64,000 bases of DNA from the NCBI GenBank assembly GCA_044376115.1, contig JBILLK010000008.1, positions 32,001 through 96,000 of the forward strand, read 5' to 3'. The position numbers were made by a program, and so were the translations under genes. Source of the stretch: Polyangiaceae bacterium. GTDB taxonomy: Bacteria > Myxococcota_A > Polyangia > Polyangiales > Polyangiaceae. The notes under the pieces are model-generated. The model was not told where the DNA came from, did no database searches, and was given only the letters and a program-made list of their open reading frames with translations. Numbering within the stretch: position 1 is the first letter of the stretch; each line of letters opens with the position of its first letter. Of the stretch, positions 39,148 through 49,221 are shown one piece after another.

Positions 39148-40052
39148 ACGCGATCGGTCAAACCAAGCTTGTGCAGCGCGCTCTGCAGCTGTGTACAGGC
39201 GGTGCTCGAGGTGGTTCCTAGCTCGGCAGCGATGTTCTTGAGCGCGTTACCGGTGAGCGCCAACCGCACCACGCGCGCCTCAGCGGCAGAAAGCCGCAAG
39301 GTCCCTGTTGTACGCCGGAGCACCACCAAGCGCTTTCCATCCTGATCGACGACACGCGCAACGCTATAGCCGCCCTGCCATAACTTCTCCCAAAGCTGCT
39401 CGGTCTGCTCATCCTCGGCGTGGCCCAGATCCTTGGCGAAGGCGCGCGCGACCTGCTCCGCCTCTTCCGGCAAATCTAGTCCAGCGCGATGCTGCAGACG
39501 GCCCTGCGTATCAAAGACGGCCTCTGGCTCCGCCTGCTCAGGCGCGCTCGAACGCAGCGAGGCGGCCGAGGCCCAATGACGTTGTAGCCGGAGCAGATGC
39601 CTACGCCGCGGGGCCACCTCTCCAGCCCATAGGGGCATCGAAGCCACAGCCAGCCATTCACCCGAGGCAGCTCGCAGCCCCTGCTGATCGGTCATGGCCG
39701 AACAATCACGCGGAATCGTCACGTCCACAGCACGAGCAAGCTCCGGAGCCGAAATCCCGAACACCTCGCGCACGGTTGCAACACGAAACACCTGGCGAAT
39801 GCCGGCTACGTGGCCCTTCGCCACGCCAGCTCGCAAGGCCGCTTCAGCGTACTGCGAAAGCCCTACCGCGCGACCGACGTGCCCCACCACACGCGACCGC
39901 CGAAGATCCGAGGACCAATAGACACTTATCGATAACCCTACATTCGGGGCTGCTGCCGAACCAAACACCGGCAGGAGTTCATGCAACCAAGGCTCTAACT
40001 GCGTGGGCCCATCATGACAGACCTCTAAGAAGCGGCGCAGTTCGGTCCCCAT
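39099..40052 (-). CDS. LuxR-type HTH regulator with long N-terminal domain
   Basis: LSAAEARVV...GNALKNIAAELG...ALHKLG. Confidence 0.8.
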   Translation of the reverse strand: MGTELRRFLEVCHDGPTQLEPWLHELLPVFGSAAAPNVGLSISVYWSSDLRRSRVVGHVGRAVGLSQYAEAALRAGVAKGHVAGIRQVFRVATVREVFGISAPELARAVDVTIPRDCSAMTDQQGLRAASGEWLAVASMPLWAGEVAPRRRHLLRLQRHWASAASLRSSAPEQAEPEAVFDTQGRLQHRAGLDLPEEAEQVARAFAKDLGHAEDEQTEQLWEKLWQGGYSVARVVDQDGKRLVVLRRTTGTLRLSAAEARVVRLALTGNALKNIAAELGTTSSTACTQLQSALHKLGLTDRVQLLRLFSARPAVAGK

Positions 40053-40267
40053 GTCAGCCCACCTTAGCGAACTCGGGGCCACTACGATGAAGCGTTTTCA
40101 GCGGCGCAACGCGTTGTCATCGCATCACCTTCGCGCACGCCTTGCGCGAGTTGCGCACCGGCGCGCCGGCGGCATGAGCAACAGCTGCGCAATCCGGGCC
40201 TCGGGGAACGACGCGAATTCCTTGTTTTCGACGACGGGCGTTTGGCATCACCCCTGCATGAGCACGA

Positions 40268-40561
40268 GTGGAGCCTATGAACTCAGCACTCCCGTTGCAC
40301 CTCAGACAAGTGACGCAACACAAGCAAGCTGCGGTGGGTCTGCTCATCTTGGTAGCGGGCATGGTGGCCAGCGTCGCCTTCGCTGAGGTTCCTCAGCCCC
40401 GATCGATGCGCCACTTGCAATCAGGCACGCTCGAGGAGCACCTCCCGAAGGTTAGCAAGCTTGATTGGCCGGCTGCGCAAGCGAGTGACGCAGACGTTGA
40501 GCTGGCTCGCTCCGCCAACGTTGCATGTGCCAACGCCCCCTGCGCAAGGCCTGCAAACTAG
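40268..40561 (+). CDS. Hypothetical small membrane or secreted protein
   Basis: Hydrophobic stretch ending in VAFA; no recognisable motif. Confidence 0.4.
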   Translation: MEPMNSALPLHLRQVTQHKQAAVGLLILVAGMVASVAFAEVPQPRSMRHLQSGTLEEHLPKVSKLDWPAAQASDADVELARSANVACANAPCARPAN

Positions 40562-40624
40562 GCCAGAGAAAGGTTCCTGATTGGACCGAGTTAACCGGCG
40601 AGACGACCCGCTACACTCCTGCAC

Positions 40625-41821
40625 GTGAACCTCGACCATATCGTTCGCGCCCTCGAGGGTGCCGAGCTTCCAGCCCTCGCTGTTGACTTGGAGGCGTTTG
40701 ATCGCAACCTCGAGCGACATCTCGCGGTGGCCCGCGCCAACGGGCTTACGCTGCGCTTTGCGACAAAGTCGATTCGCGTACGGGCGCTGATTGAGCGAGC
40801 GCATAGGGGGAAGGGCGCCCGCGGCTTGATGACCTTCACCGTCGCGGAGGCCGTCTCCCTTACGAAGAGCGGCCTGGACGATCTTTTCGTTGCCTATCCA
40901 ACGCTCCAGCCCAGCGCTTTTGCACAGCTCGCCGAGTTAACGGAGCGCGGTATCACCATTAGCTTGGCGGTGGATTCGGTTGAGGCCGTCGACAAGCTCG
41001 CTGCGCTGGGGCGAGCGCGTGGCGCGGAACTCCGCGTGGTGCTTTGCATTGATATGAGCCTACGCGCGCTGGGCGTTCACCTGGGCGTGCGACGCTCGCC
41101 GCTGCGTACGCCGCGGGACGTCTTCGCATTAGCGGAGCGAGCACGAGACGGTGGCCTCGTGGTCCACGGCATCATGGGCTACGAGGCCCAGGTCGCCGGC
41201 CTCGGCGATGAAAGCCCGTTCGATGCGGCGCCGGTTCGTCTGGCCAAACGCGCCGTACGGGCCGCCTCCATGCGCGAGCTCGCCGAGCGTCGCAGCGCCG
41301 TCGCAGCCGAGCTGCGTGCACGCGGCTTCACGCTCGCCTTCGTCAATGGCGGCGGGACTGGGTCGCTGGACCTGACGACGAAACAGACCGGCGTTACCGA
41401 GGTAACCGCAGGCTCCGGCCTCTTCAAGCCGCTGCTCTTCGATGCCTTCTCGAGTGCCTTCGTCCGCAGCCTAGAGCCCTCATGCTTCTTCGCCCTGGAG
41501 GCGGTACGCCGACCTGGTCCTGGCTTCATCACCTGCCTTGGTGGCGGTTACATTGCTTCCGGCGCACATGGCCCAGACAAGCTCCCTCGCCCGGTATGGC
41601 CGCCAGGACTCGACCTCACCGCAGCCGAAGGAGCAGGCGAAGTGCAGACGCCGCTGCAAGGCGATAGCGCTAACCGCATATCGCTAGGCACCCCGGTGCT
41701 CTTTCGCCACGCCAAAGCCGGTGAAGTGATGGAGCGCTTCCGCGAGGTGCTGCTCCTGCGCGAGGGTCGCGTCGTCGATCGCGTGCCGACCTATCGCGGA
41801 GAGGGACTTTGCTTCCTCTGA
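40625..41821 (+). CDS. PLP-dependent alanine racemase-fold amino acid deaminase/aldolase family protein
   Basis: RFATKSIR, MGYEAQ, NGGGTGS, FRHAKAGE. Confidence 0.88.
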   Translation: MNLDHIVRALEGAELPALAVDLEAFDRNLERHLAVARANGLTLRFATKSIRVRALIERAHRGKGARGLMTFTVAEAVSLTKSGLDDLFVAYPTLQPSAFAQLAELTERGITISLAVDSVEAVDKLAALGRARGAELRVVLCIDMSLRALGVHLGVRRSPLRTPRDVFALAERARDGGLVVHGIMGYEAQVAGLGDESPFDAAPVRLAKRAVRAASMRELAERRSAVAAELRARGFTLAFVNGGGTGSLDLTTKQTGVTEVTAGSGLFKPLLFDAFSSAFVRSLEPSCFFALEAVRRPGPGFITCLGGGYIASGAHGPDKLPRPVWPPGLDLTAAEGAGEVQTPLQGDSANRISLGTPVLFRHAKAGEVMERFREVLLLREGRVVDRVPTYRGEGLCFL

Positions 41822-41833
41822 CTTCGAGGAGTC

Positions 41834-42343
41834 CTACGCTTCAACCAACTCTGCAGCGTGTGCCCGCATAAACGCCAATTGCAAGGCGGTTAGATCTTCC
41901 TCGGGTACCGAGTCCATCGCATCGACCCGCTTGTAGAAGATCAGTGAGAGCTGCTCGAGCAACTCCGGGTCGCGGTCCTCGAAAGCAAATAGCAGTTCAC
42001 AGCGCTTTTGCCGGTCCTTGGGCGGAGCCCCCTCGGGAAACACGACCAGCGCCTGCTCGAGGATCTCAACACAGACTTTGGCGCCAATCTCCCGAAGCGC
42101 CGCCAGCGTCTCTAGCGCACAGTTGCCCGCGGAGTTGCTGAAGAACTGACTGACGCCGCCATTGATCAGCTCGCCATGGAAGCAGCCGACATAGAAAAGC
42201 GTCTGGGACGCGGGGCCCAGCCGTTCGGTATGCGCCTCATTTGGACTATCGCGATGAACGATCTTCACCATGTCGACCCACAAGACGGCGACTGGCTCAT
42301 CGTTGCTTAGGTAGTCACCCAGCGTTCTTCGTTCCATGGTCAC
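41834..42343 (-). CDS. DUF4375/DMP19-family protein
   Basis: GELINGGVSQFFSNSAG...ALREIGA. Confidence 0.8.
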   Translation of the reverse strand: MTMERRTLGDYLSNDEPVAVLWVDMVKIVHRDSPNEAHTERLGPASQTLFYVGCFHGELINGGVSQFFSNSAGNCALETLAALREIGAKVCVEILEQALVVFPEGAPPKDRQKRCELLFAFEDRDPELLEQLSLIFYKRVDAMDSVPEEDLTALQLAFMRAHAAELVEA

Positions 42344-42463
42344 GCGCAGTCCTCCGCAAGCGAAGCTATCCGCGGATGGCGCTGGCGCTCAAGCTCTCGT
42401 GATTGGCTTAACCACGAGATTCGCGCGTCTGCCCTTACAAATCGTCAGCACCGCCCTGGACAA

Positions 42464-42491
42464 GATTCCAAAGTGATATCACCTTGGAATC
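42464..42491. promoter_or_regulatory. 28-bp near-perfect palindrome; probable operator of the SPFH-Arc operon
   Basis: GATTCCAAAGTGAT/ATCACCTTGGAATC (one mismatch). Confidence 0.7.
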
Positions 42492-42507
42492 AAGGAAGGT
42501 GGTTTCG

Positions 42508-43443
42508 GTGTCGCAGAAAGCAGTTATGGGTCGCGAAGGCGCGTATTTCCACGGCAATGCCACGGAGGAGCGCGCAGTGAGCTCGTTCGGAGGCTGGCTC
42601 GTTTTGGTGGTTACGGTCGGCATCGTCCTGGTCAGTGGGTTGGGCGTTGCCTTCACCGCGCCACGGCATGAGCTAACGGCCACCGCGTGGGTCGTCCCGG
42701 CGGGGTTCGCACTGCTGCTGGTGCTGGCTCTCGCCTCGTTCACCGGCTTCTACGTTGTCAACCCCAACCAAGCCGTCGTCATGCAACTGTTCGGCTCCTA
42801 CGTTGGTACCGAGCGCACGTCGGGGCTGCGCTGGGCGTTCCCGCTCTATTCCAAGCGTTGGCTCAGCGTGCGCGCGGTATCCATGGAATCCGCGCGGCTA
42901 AAGGTCAATGATCTGGACGGTAACCCGATTGAGATCGCGGCCATCGTGGTTTGGCGCGTAATTGACACTGCCAAGGCCTGCTTCCAGGTGGATGATCACC
43001 GGGCTTACGTACATATTCAATCGGAGGCAGCGCTGCGCCATATGGCCACCAGCTACGCCTATGATCCGCATGACGGAGCCAAGCTCTCGCTGCGCGGCGC
43101 CTCCATGGAAGTGGCGGATCACCTGCGTCGAGAGCTGATGGAGCGGGCCAGCCTCGCCGGCGTTGAAATCATTGAGGCGCGCATCAGCCACTTGGCTTAT
43201 GCGCAAGAGATCGCGCAGGCCATGCTGCAGCGTCAACAAGCGAGCGCCATCATCGCAGCTCGGCAAAAGATCGTAGACGGCGCTGTCGGTATGGTGGAGA
43301 TGGCCTTGGCACGCTTGGCAGAGAACAACGTCGTCGAGCTTGATGAGGAGCGCAAAGCCGCCATGGTGTCGAATCTATTGGTCGTCCTTTGCAGCGAGCG
43401 CGCGGCTAGCCCCGTCGTCAACGCCGGTACCCTCTACGCGTAG
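42508..43443 (+). CDS. SPFH/band-7 membrane protein
   Basis: Two TM helices; [35 protein letters not shown]; start uncertain (42484-42526). Confidence 0.9.
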   Translation: MSQKAVMGREGAYFHGNATEERAVSSFGGWLVLVVTVGIVLVSGLGVAFTAPRHELTATAWVVPAGFALLLVLALASFTGFYVVNPNQAVVMQLFGSYVGTERTSGLRWAFPLYSKRWLSVRAVSMESARLKVNDLDGNPIEIAAIVVWRVIDTAKACFQVDDHRAYVHIQSEAALRHMATSYAYDPHDGAKLSLRGASMEVADHLRRELMERASLAGVEIIEARISHLAYAQEIAQAMLQRQQASAIIAARQKIVDGAVGMVEMALARLAENNVVELDEERKAAMVSNLLVVLCSERAASPVVNAGTLYA

Positions 43444-43448
43444 TTCAC

Positions 43449-43664
43449 GTGGCGGAACGCAAAGCTTTCTTGGTCCGGATCGAGCCGGAGCTCCACGACG
43501 CCCTGCAACGCTGGGCGTCGGACGAGCTTCGAAGTCTGAATGGCCAAATTGAATTCGTATTGCGGCGCGCGCTGAAAGAGGCCGGGCGCTTACCTCGCGC
43601 CGCCGACGGCTCAGAGCAGCAAGCTGCGGAAAAGCCGCGTCGCAAGCGCCCGAGCGACCCCTGA
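43449..43664 (+). CDS. Arc-like ribbon-helix-helix DNA-binding protein
   Basis: RKAFLVRI...WASDELRSLNGQIEFVL. Confidence 0.85.
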   Translation: MAERKAFLVRIEPELHDALQRWASDELRSLNGQIEFVLRRALKEAGRLPRAADGSEQQAAEKPRRKRPSDP

Positions 43665-43749
43665 GCCGCTAACGCTCGCTGTCGTATTGAACAGCGTCCT
43701 CGCTAACCCAACGCTAGCGGCAGCAAGTCGTGCGGTTCGAATCTCAGGC

Positions 43750-44337
43750 CTAACTTCGTGCTCCGCGTGGATACCAATGAGGACCTTCCAGGTCCCCAAA
43801 CAGGAACGGCCATAGGGATTGCCGCCTCTGTGGCTGCCGCGCCTGGTCGATTAGGCCGAGAAGGAAGCTCTCAACGTTGGAAAAAAGCACAGACGTTTCC
43901 TCGAACTCGGGCCCGAGACCATGAACGACCGACCCGAACGAGTTTCCCGGGCGCAGGTCGATCGCGAGGTATTCGTAGTCGCTATGGCACGCCATCGCGA
44001 AAGGCAGGTGGGCATCCCAAAAGGCGCTGATCTGCATTCGCTGGTCGTTGGTCTCGGCGCTATTCAAACTAAGCCGCTCACATTCGTCCCAACGAATCGA
44101 GCGTTCATCCTCTCGCGCGTAGTCAGCACGCGTGTAGAGCCAGGCGGTCTTGGAGCGATTGTGGCAAACGCTGAGGGTCGCGAGACACTCGAGGAAGACT
44201 GATGGAGCTTCGGCGTAGCGGCGAAGTTGGGCCGGCATCAACAGCGGGCCTGCGGACCTCTCGCTAACGACGCTCCAGCCAACCTGCTGCAAAGCCGATA
44301 AAGCCTCCGCGAACAAGCTTCGAGCCCCCGCTACCAT
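43750..44337 (-). CDS. SMI1/KNR4 (SUKH)-like immunity protein
   Basis: FWDAHLPF...YEYLAIDL...GSVVHG...FEE. Confidence 0.7.
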   Translation of the reverse strand: MVAGARSLFAEALSALQQVGWSVVSERSAGPLLMPAQLRRYAEAPSVFLECLATLSVCHNRSKTAWLYTRADYAREDERSIRWDECERLSLNSAETNDQRMQISAFWDAHLPFAMACHSDYEYLAIDLRPGNSFGSVVHGLGPEFEETSVLFSNVESFLLGLIDQARQPQRRQSLWPFLFGDLEGPHWYPRGARS

Positions 44338-44999
44338 GTGCGACCTTCGGTTGTCGCGCGCTCTGCAGTCGCCCCTTCGAGACCAGCGGCCCCCGCTATT
44401 TCGCGCAGGAAGGCCAGCAGTCGGTCACGCTCCTCTGCGCGGAGCTGGAGGGAAGCGTCACCAGGCCCGAATACGCTATTGAGCGTCACAACGGCTTCAC
44501 GCATAGCGGTCTCCATCACCCCCGGAGCGGCGGGCGCAACCGCGCACTCGACCAAGCTGACAAGCGTCAGCTCTGCGCGCCGCAGCTGCGCATCGCTCGG
44601 GCCAGGTCGCCCCAGCCGATGCCGCAGCGCGTGGGTTGGCGACTTCGCCAGCAGCGTGCGCCCTACGATGAAACGCTCATTCCGGATCTCTGGGAACAAC
44701 TGCAATAGCTGCGTAACGCCTGCTGGCGTCGCGCAGGCAGCCGCGCAACGCACGTCGGCGACTGTGGCTTCACGAACCAGCTCCGAATAGCGCTCTGGTG
44801 CTAAGCCGGCTCCCCCCGAAAGCCAAAGTGCGCTCCACCAGCGCGCACGACCGCACGCACGTAACCTCGTATCGGATTGGCGGGCCAGCCATTTCGGCGA
44901 TGGCGCCTTTACGCGCTCAACCAGGATCGCCTCGCTACCGAGATTGTCGAGCACGAGGTCGCGCGGGCGAAGGGCACGGTGTTTCCTCTCGTTGCTCAC
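44331..44999 (-). CDS. Hypothetical protein
   Basis: 222-aa ORF overlapping the SMI1-like gene start on the same strand. Confidence 0.55.
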   Translation of the reverse strand: MSNERKHRALRPRDLVLDNLGSEAILVERVKAPSPKWLARQSDTRLRACGRARWWSALWLSGGAGLAPERYSELVREATVADVRCAAACATPAGVTQLLQLFPEIRNERFIVGRTLLAKSPTHALRHRLGRPGPSDAQLRRAELTLVSLVECAVAPAAPGVMETAMREAVVTLNSVFGPGDASLQLRAEERDRLLAFLREIAGAAGLEGATAERATTEGRTW

Positions 45000-45021
45000 G
45001 TTGAGGACTGCAGGTTAGCGC

Positions 45022-45768
45022 TCATGGCGCCAAACACGGTACGAGGGACTGCGTTTGGATCTCGCGGTTCCACAACGTTTGGCCGGCGCGCGTTGCGACC
45101 AATTTTGCGGGCGGGCCAAAACTCGGGCCAGCGTTGGGGGTACCGGGAACGGGCGGCTCCAGACGAACGACGATATCGGCCGAGTTCCATTCGCGTTGGC
45201 TCACCGCCGAAATCGCCACCGGCGCCAGACCCGAGCCGGGCTGGGTATGGAGCTCGCACCCCGCTTCGCTAAGCTCGAGTTCGAGCGCATCGAGCTGCGG
45301 CGGAGATGGATGCGCGGCACCTCCTTGCGAATACCGCGCAATCAGCTGTCCCATCGCGCCGGACTCGGTCAGCGTCCAGCGTGCGCTCTCGGTCACCGCA
45401 GGCACCTCGGCGCTGCAAGTCCAACGCACGGCTCCGTCCGCACGCGCAAGCACCGAAACCTCGAGCTTGCTCCGCTCTTCGGTATCCAGGTTCGTGACGA
45501 CGAGGTCACCGTTCGCGAGCTCGCCAAGCAACTGTCCCCAGCGCTGACTCGACCATGCGGTGGTTCCATCGTTCACGCGTACGACCTCGAGATGCCGCAC
45601 TACGTGGTTGGAACACATCGCGCTGCCGTCGAACGCCACCCACGGCAATTGCGCATCACGTGCAGTCAGATCACGCACCGCACGTACGGAACGGTCGCTC
45701 CCGGGCGATTGCGGCGTCGCGTTCGATACACAGCTTACGAGCAGTAGGACGCAGCCCAGCGGTCTCAT
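45022..45768 (-). CDS. Hypothetical lipoprotein
   Basis: MRPLGCVLLLVSC; start placed downstream of the terminator hairpin. Confidence 0.6.
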   Translation of the reverse strand: MRPLGCVLLLVSCVSNATPQSPGSDRSVRAVRDLTARDAQLPWVAFDGSAMCSNHVVRHLEVVRVNDGTTAWSSQRWGQLLGELANGDLVVTNLDTEERSKLEVSVLARADGAVRWTCSAEVPAVTESARWTLTESGAMGQLIARYSQGGAAHPSPPQLDALELELSEAGCELHTQPGSGLAPVAISAVSQREWNSADIVVRLEPPVPGTPNAGPSFGPPAKLVATRAGQTLWNREIQTQSLVPCLAP

Positions 45769-45825
45769 CGTTTGGTAGTAGCGCACCCCGTCAGCGTGAG
45801 ACCAGAGCGTTCGCCGGGCAGGGCC

Positions 45826-45860
45826 AGAAAGCCAAACGGCCATCGAAGGATGGCCGTTTG
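45826..45860 (-). terminator. Intrinsic terminator-like hairpin
   Basis: Perfect 12-bp inverted repeat 45833-44/45849-60, followed on the - strand by GCTTTCT, just after the stop at 45882. Confidence 0.7.
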
Positions 45861-45881
45861 CTAGGTAACGAGTGACTCGGA

Positions 45882-46340
45882 CTAGTTGGCTACAGAGGCC
45901 TCGCTGCCCTTGTCCTTCTTGCCCTTCTTGCCTTTGCCTTCACCCTTCTTGCCCTTGTGCTTACCGCGCAGCTCCTTGGCGATCTTGCGTACGCCTTTGG
46001 CTTCCTCGGCCGTGACCGTACCGTCTTCTCCTGCGGCCTTGGCTGCAGCGCGGACCTGCTCAGCCGTGGTGGCGAACTTGGCGAGGATCTCCTTGCGCTT
46101 CTCCTCCGGCACCTTTCGCTCTTCCATCCGCTTGGTCACCCGCTCTTGCATCTTGGCGATGCGCGTATTGACCTTCTGCATGAAGACGTCTGCCTTCATG
46201 GGGAACTTCTTTTCATGGTCCTTGTCGCCCTTCGCCAGCGCGGTGCTTTCTCCAGCGTCGGCCCCCGCGAAAGCAAAAGCGGGAACAGCTGCGGCGAGAC
46301 CGAGAGACACGAGAGCAACCTTGATCCATGAGCGCGACAT
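45882..46340 (-). CDS. Secreted Lys-rich helical protein
   Basis: SD AGGAGG, signal peptide AFAFA. Confidence 0.75.
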   Translation of the reverse strand: MSRSWIKVALVSLGLAAAVPAFAFAGADAGESTALAKGDKDHEKKFPMKADVFMQKVNTRIAKMQERVTKRMEERKVPEEKRKEILAKFATTAEQVRAAAKAAGEDGTVTAEEAKGVRKIAKELRGKHKGKKGEGKGKKGKKDKGSEASVAN

Positions 46341-46527
46341 TGTGAGTTCCTCCTGAGCCACCGTGTTTGGCGGCTTCGTAGACCACTGATGCAGCTTGGG
46401 TGCCAAGCTGGCTTAGCCAGCTTTCTCGCAGTATTTGGTCCTTTTCAGCCCTACTTGGGTGCGGAGTGAAGCGCGCAGGGGCCTGTTCCTGCGGCAGGCA
46501 CTCCGCAGAGCGCTCACGCAGCCGCGG

Positions 46528-47244
46528 CTAGAGACCGTCACACAGGTCGATGCAGCACTGATCCTCGGGATGCGTTGCGCAGTAATCCCAATAGACCTCG
46601 GGCCCAAGCACGCGAAGCTCGTCGGCCGCATGAAGCATGTTGCCGTTGGGAGCCTTCACCGTCGTACTCAACATCAAGCGCGTACCTTCGGCCAGCGGCA
46701 CTGACTCCGGGTCCCACGGGTCGCCCGGGAGCGGAACGATGATGCCCGTAGCGGTACCGCCCTTGACCGGTACCAAGGACTGCGTGAGCGCAGAAACGAC
46801 CTCATCCGTTTCCTCCAATCGGGCCTCGGTCTCGACAATGACCTCGGTACCGCAATCGGCGCAGGCTAGCGCTAAGAACAAATGATAGCCGCCTTGAGGC
46901 CCTTCCATGTACGGGACCACGGAATCCTCTGCGAGCTGCTCGTAGCAGACCTCACCAGTCCCCGTCTCAAAGGTCTCTAGCTGCGTGGGAAGATCACACT
47001 GCGGCGGAGCAGGCTCCGGCTCCTCGCAAGGGTCACCACATTCGGCGGGGTCCTCCAGACGTCGACAGTCGAGTGGACACGTAGGTTGTTCACAACTGTC
47101 CCCAGCGCAAGGCTCCTCACAACCGTCGGCAGCACAATCCTGGTTATCAATGGAGGCATCGCACGCCGCGACCAAGAACGTGAACGAGAGCAACACCGAG
47201 CTTGAGAGAAGACGCATGGCTGCGGCACCTTCAGCAGGAACCAT
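46528..47244 (-). CDS. Cys-rich lipoprotein
   Basis: LVAAC lipobox, GPQGGYH motif. Confidence 0.7.
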   Translation of the reverse strand: MVPAEGAAAMRLLSSSVLLSFTFLVAACDASIDNQDCAADGCEEPCAGDSCEQPTCPLDCRRLEDPAECGDPCEEPEPAPPQCDLPTQLETFETGTGEVCYEQLAEDSVVPYMEGPQGGYHLFLALACADCGTEVIVETEARLEETDEVVSALTQSLVPVKGGTATGIIVPLPGDPWDPESVPLAEGTRLMLSTTVKAPNGNMLHAADELRVLGPEVYWDYCATHPEDQCCIDLCDGL

Positions 47245-47324
47245 GCCCTTCTACTTCGGCCTAATTCCCCGCAAACACACGGCTTATTGTGCCCAGCTGT
47301 GCCGCTCTTGAGCGACCCTGGGGA

Positions 47325-48380
47325 TTACCTCCGACCAACCGTCGTTGGAGCTCCAACTCGGACTTCCAGGGCCAACTCCGGCCGAAGCAAGCGCAGCTTG
47401 CCCACGACCCCATCGAGCGTAAGCACCTCGTCCACCATCACCAAGCCGCGAGCAGCAGCCGGCGCCTCGAGCAACAGAGCGGCCTTCGCAGCCACGGCTG
47501 CTCCCCCCACCGCAAAGCCATCAGCAGCCCACAGGGTAGCAACCACCTCTTCAGCCGATCCCCGCGCTCTCGCGACCAGCTCGACAATGGTGGGCACCCG
47601 GCGCAACAAGTATCGGCGCAACAGACGGAAGTAGCCGCCAAGGAGCGCGCGAAACCAGGGCGCTCGCAACAGCCTGCCTGGTAAACCTCGGAATATGACC
47701 CAAAGCGGGGACGGAGACGGGGAAATGGACATAGTCACGTTAGGCGCCCTCGTGCTTGACGCCAGCATCACGACCTCCGGAAACGAGAACGTCAACGAGC
47801 GATGACGGCCGCTTGGGAAAGGCTGGATTGCTCCCGACATTGCACTCGGCACCTCTTTGCGACGCCCCTCGCTCACCTCGATGGCGGGCAGCCCAAAAGC
47901 GTCGACCACCAGATCGATGGTACCCTGCCCAGCCCCTGAGAACGGCGAGCTGCGCACCCCGAGATCGAGCGCGACCACGTCGCGCACCCCCGTGTACGCA
48001 ACAGCGCCGAGCAGATTAGATAACCCAGTAAATATCCCGGCCCCGAGCACGACAGTCCCCAGCGCGGGCTTACCGTGCCAACGATTCAACAGCCCCTCCA
48101 CGACAAGCCTATCGGAGCTCGCCTCCAGGAGCGTAAGGCCGATCCGCAAACACCAAGCGACAAGCAGTTCGGGTGGAGCATCGTGACTGCTGGAACAATT
48201 GACCAATAGGTCGGCGTCCCGAAGTGCGTCGAAGGTCTCCTCCCTGCATAGATCGACGACGCGATCAGGTCCGCGCCGCCCTGCGACAAGCACCTCGAGG
48301 TCATCGCGTTGCGCCAGGCTTTGCACCACCCTCCTTCCCAGAAAGCCGGTCCCGCCGATCACAATCACGCGCTTTTTCAT
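47325..48380 (-). CDS. Saccharopine dehydrogenase-like NAD(P)-binding protein
   Basis: VIVIGGTGFLG...VAGR; GAGIFTGLSN. Confidence 0.8.
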   Translation of the reverse strand: MKKRVIVIGGTGFLGRRVVQSLAQRDDLEVLVAGRRGPDRVVDLCREETFDALRDADLLVNCSSSHDAPPELLVAWCLRIGLTLLEASSDRLVVEGLLNRWHGKPALGTVVLGAGIFTGLSNLLGAVAYTGVRDVVALDLGVRSSPFSGAGQGTIDLVVDAFGLPAIEVSEGRRKEVPSAMSGAIQPFPSGRHRSLTFSFPEVVMLASSTRAPNVTMSISPSPSPLWVIFRGLPGRLLRAPWFRALLGGYFRLLRRYLLRRVPTIVELVARARGSAEEVVATLWAADGFAVGGAAVAAKAALLLEAPAAARGLVMVDEVLTLDGVVGKLRLLRPELALEVRVGAPTTVGRR

Positions 48381-48429
48381 CGCTACGTTGTAAGGTCCCG
48401 CACTGCCCTTCGACGACTCGCGTTCCCCG

Positions 48430-49068
48430 ATGCCGCTGCCCAAGCACCTAAAGCCCCGCAAGGTCCCGAAACAACAGCGGTCTCGGGCTCTGGTCGACGC
48501 CATCATCGAGGCCACGGCTCGCGTTCTCGTCGCGCGAGGCTTCGAGTCCTTGAACGTCGCTGAGGTCGCCGAGGTGGCGGGCGTCAGCATTGGCTCGTTG
48601 TATCAATACTTCCCTCACAAGGAGGCTTTGGTAGTCGCGCTACTTGAACGCCACGCGGACCGCGAGTCCGCCTTTCTTGAAGCGCGCTTCACCGAGCTGC
48701 GCGCTGCAACGCCCGCCGCTCTGCTCCGTACTGCAGTAACCGCGGTACTCGCTTTTCGAGCGCTCGATCCGGAGCTCCACCAGGCGCTCACCTCGGTCAT
48801 CCCCATCGTAGGCCGCTTTGACGATCTGCGTAACCGCGGCGCGCGAACAGCGGCACACCTACGCATGTTGCTCGAGCCGCTGTACCGGCCCAAAGACGGA
48901 GCGCCCAGCCTCGATGAGCTCATATTCATCGTTGGTAACGCCACCCATTCGCTCACCCATGAAGGGCTCTTGCGGCGTCCCGAGAGCTTTAGCGACAAAC
49001 GACTCGCGGAGGAGATATCGCGATTGTGGACCAGCTATCTAGGTCTCGAGGCTACTCCTCTCGAGTAG
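48430..49068 (+). CDS. TetR/AcrR-family regulator
   Basis: PRKVPKQQRS...VAEVAGVSIGSLYQYFPHK. Confidence 0.93.
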   Translation: MPLPKHLKPRKVPKQQRSRALVDAIIEATARVLVARGFESLNVAEVAEVAGVSIGSLYQYFPHKEALVVALLERHADRESAFLEARFTELRAATPAALLRTAVTAVLAFRALDPELHQALTSVIPIVGRFDDLRNRGARTAAHLRMLLEPLYRPKDGAPSLDELIFIVGNATHSLTHEGLLRRPESFSDKRLAEEISRLWTSYLGLEATPLE

Positions 49069-49221
49069 GTCGGCCGCGGGACGGCAACTCAGCGCATCTC
49101 TATCTCAAGCAGTCAGGACTACGAGCTGGGCGCGTCACTGCAAGCGTCTCGATGTTCCCGGCGGCTCTTCGCGCGGTGCTTCCTCGTCGAAGCTCCGTGT
49201 CCGACCGCGTCGTCCCGGATC

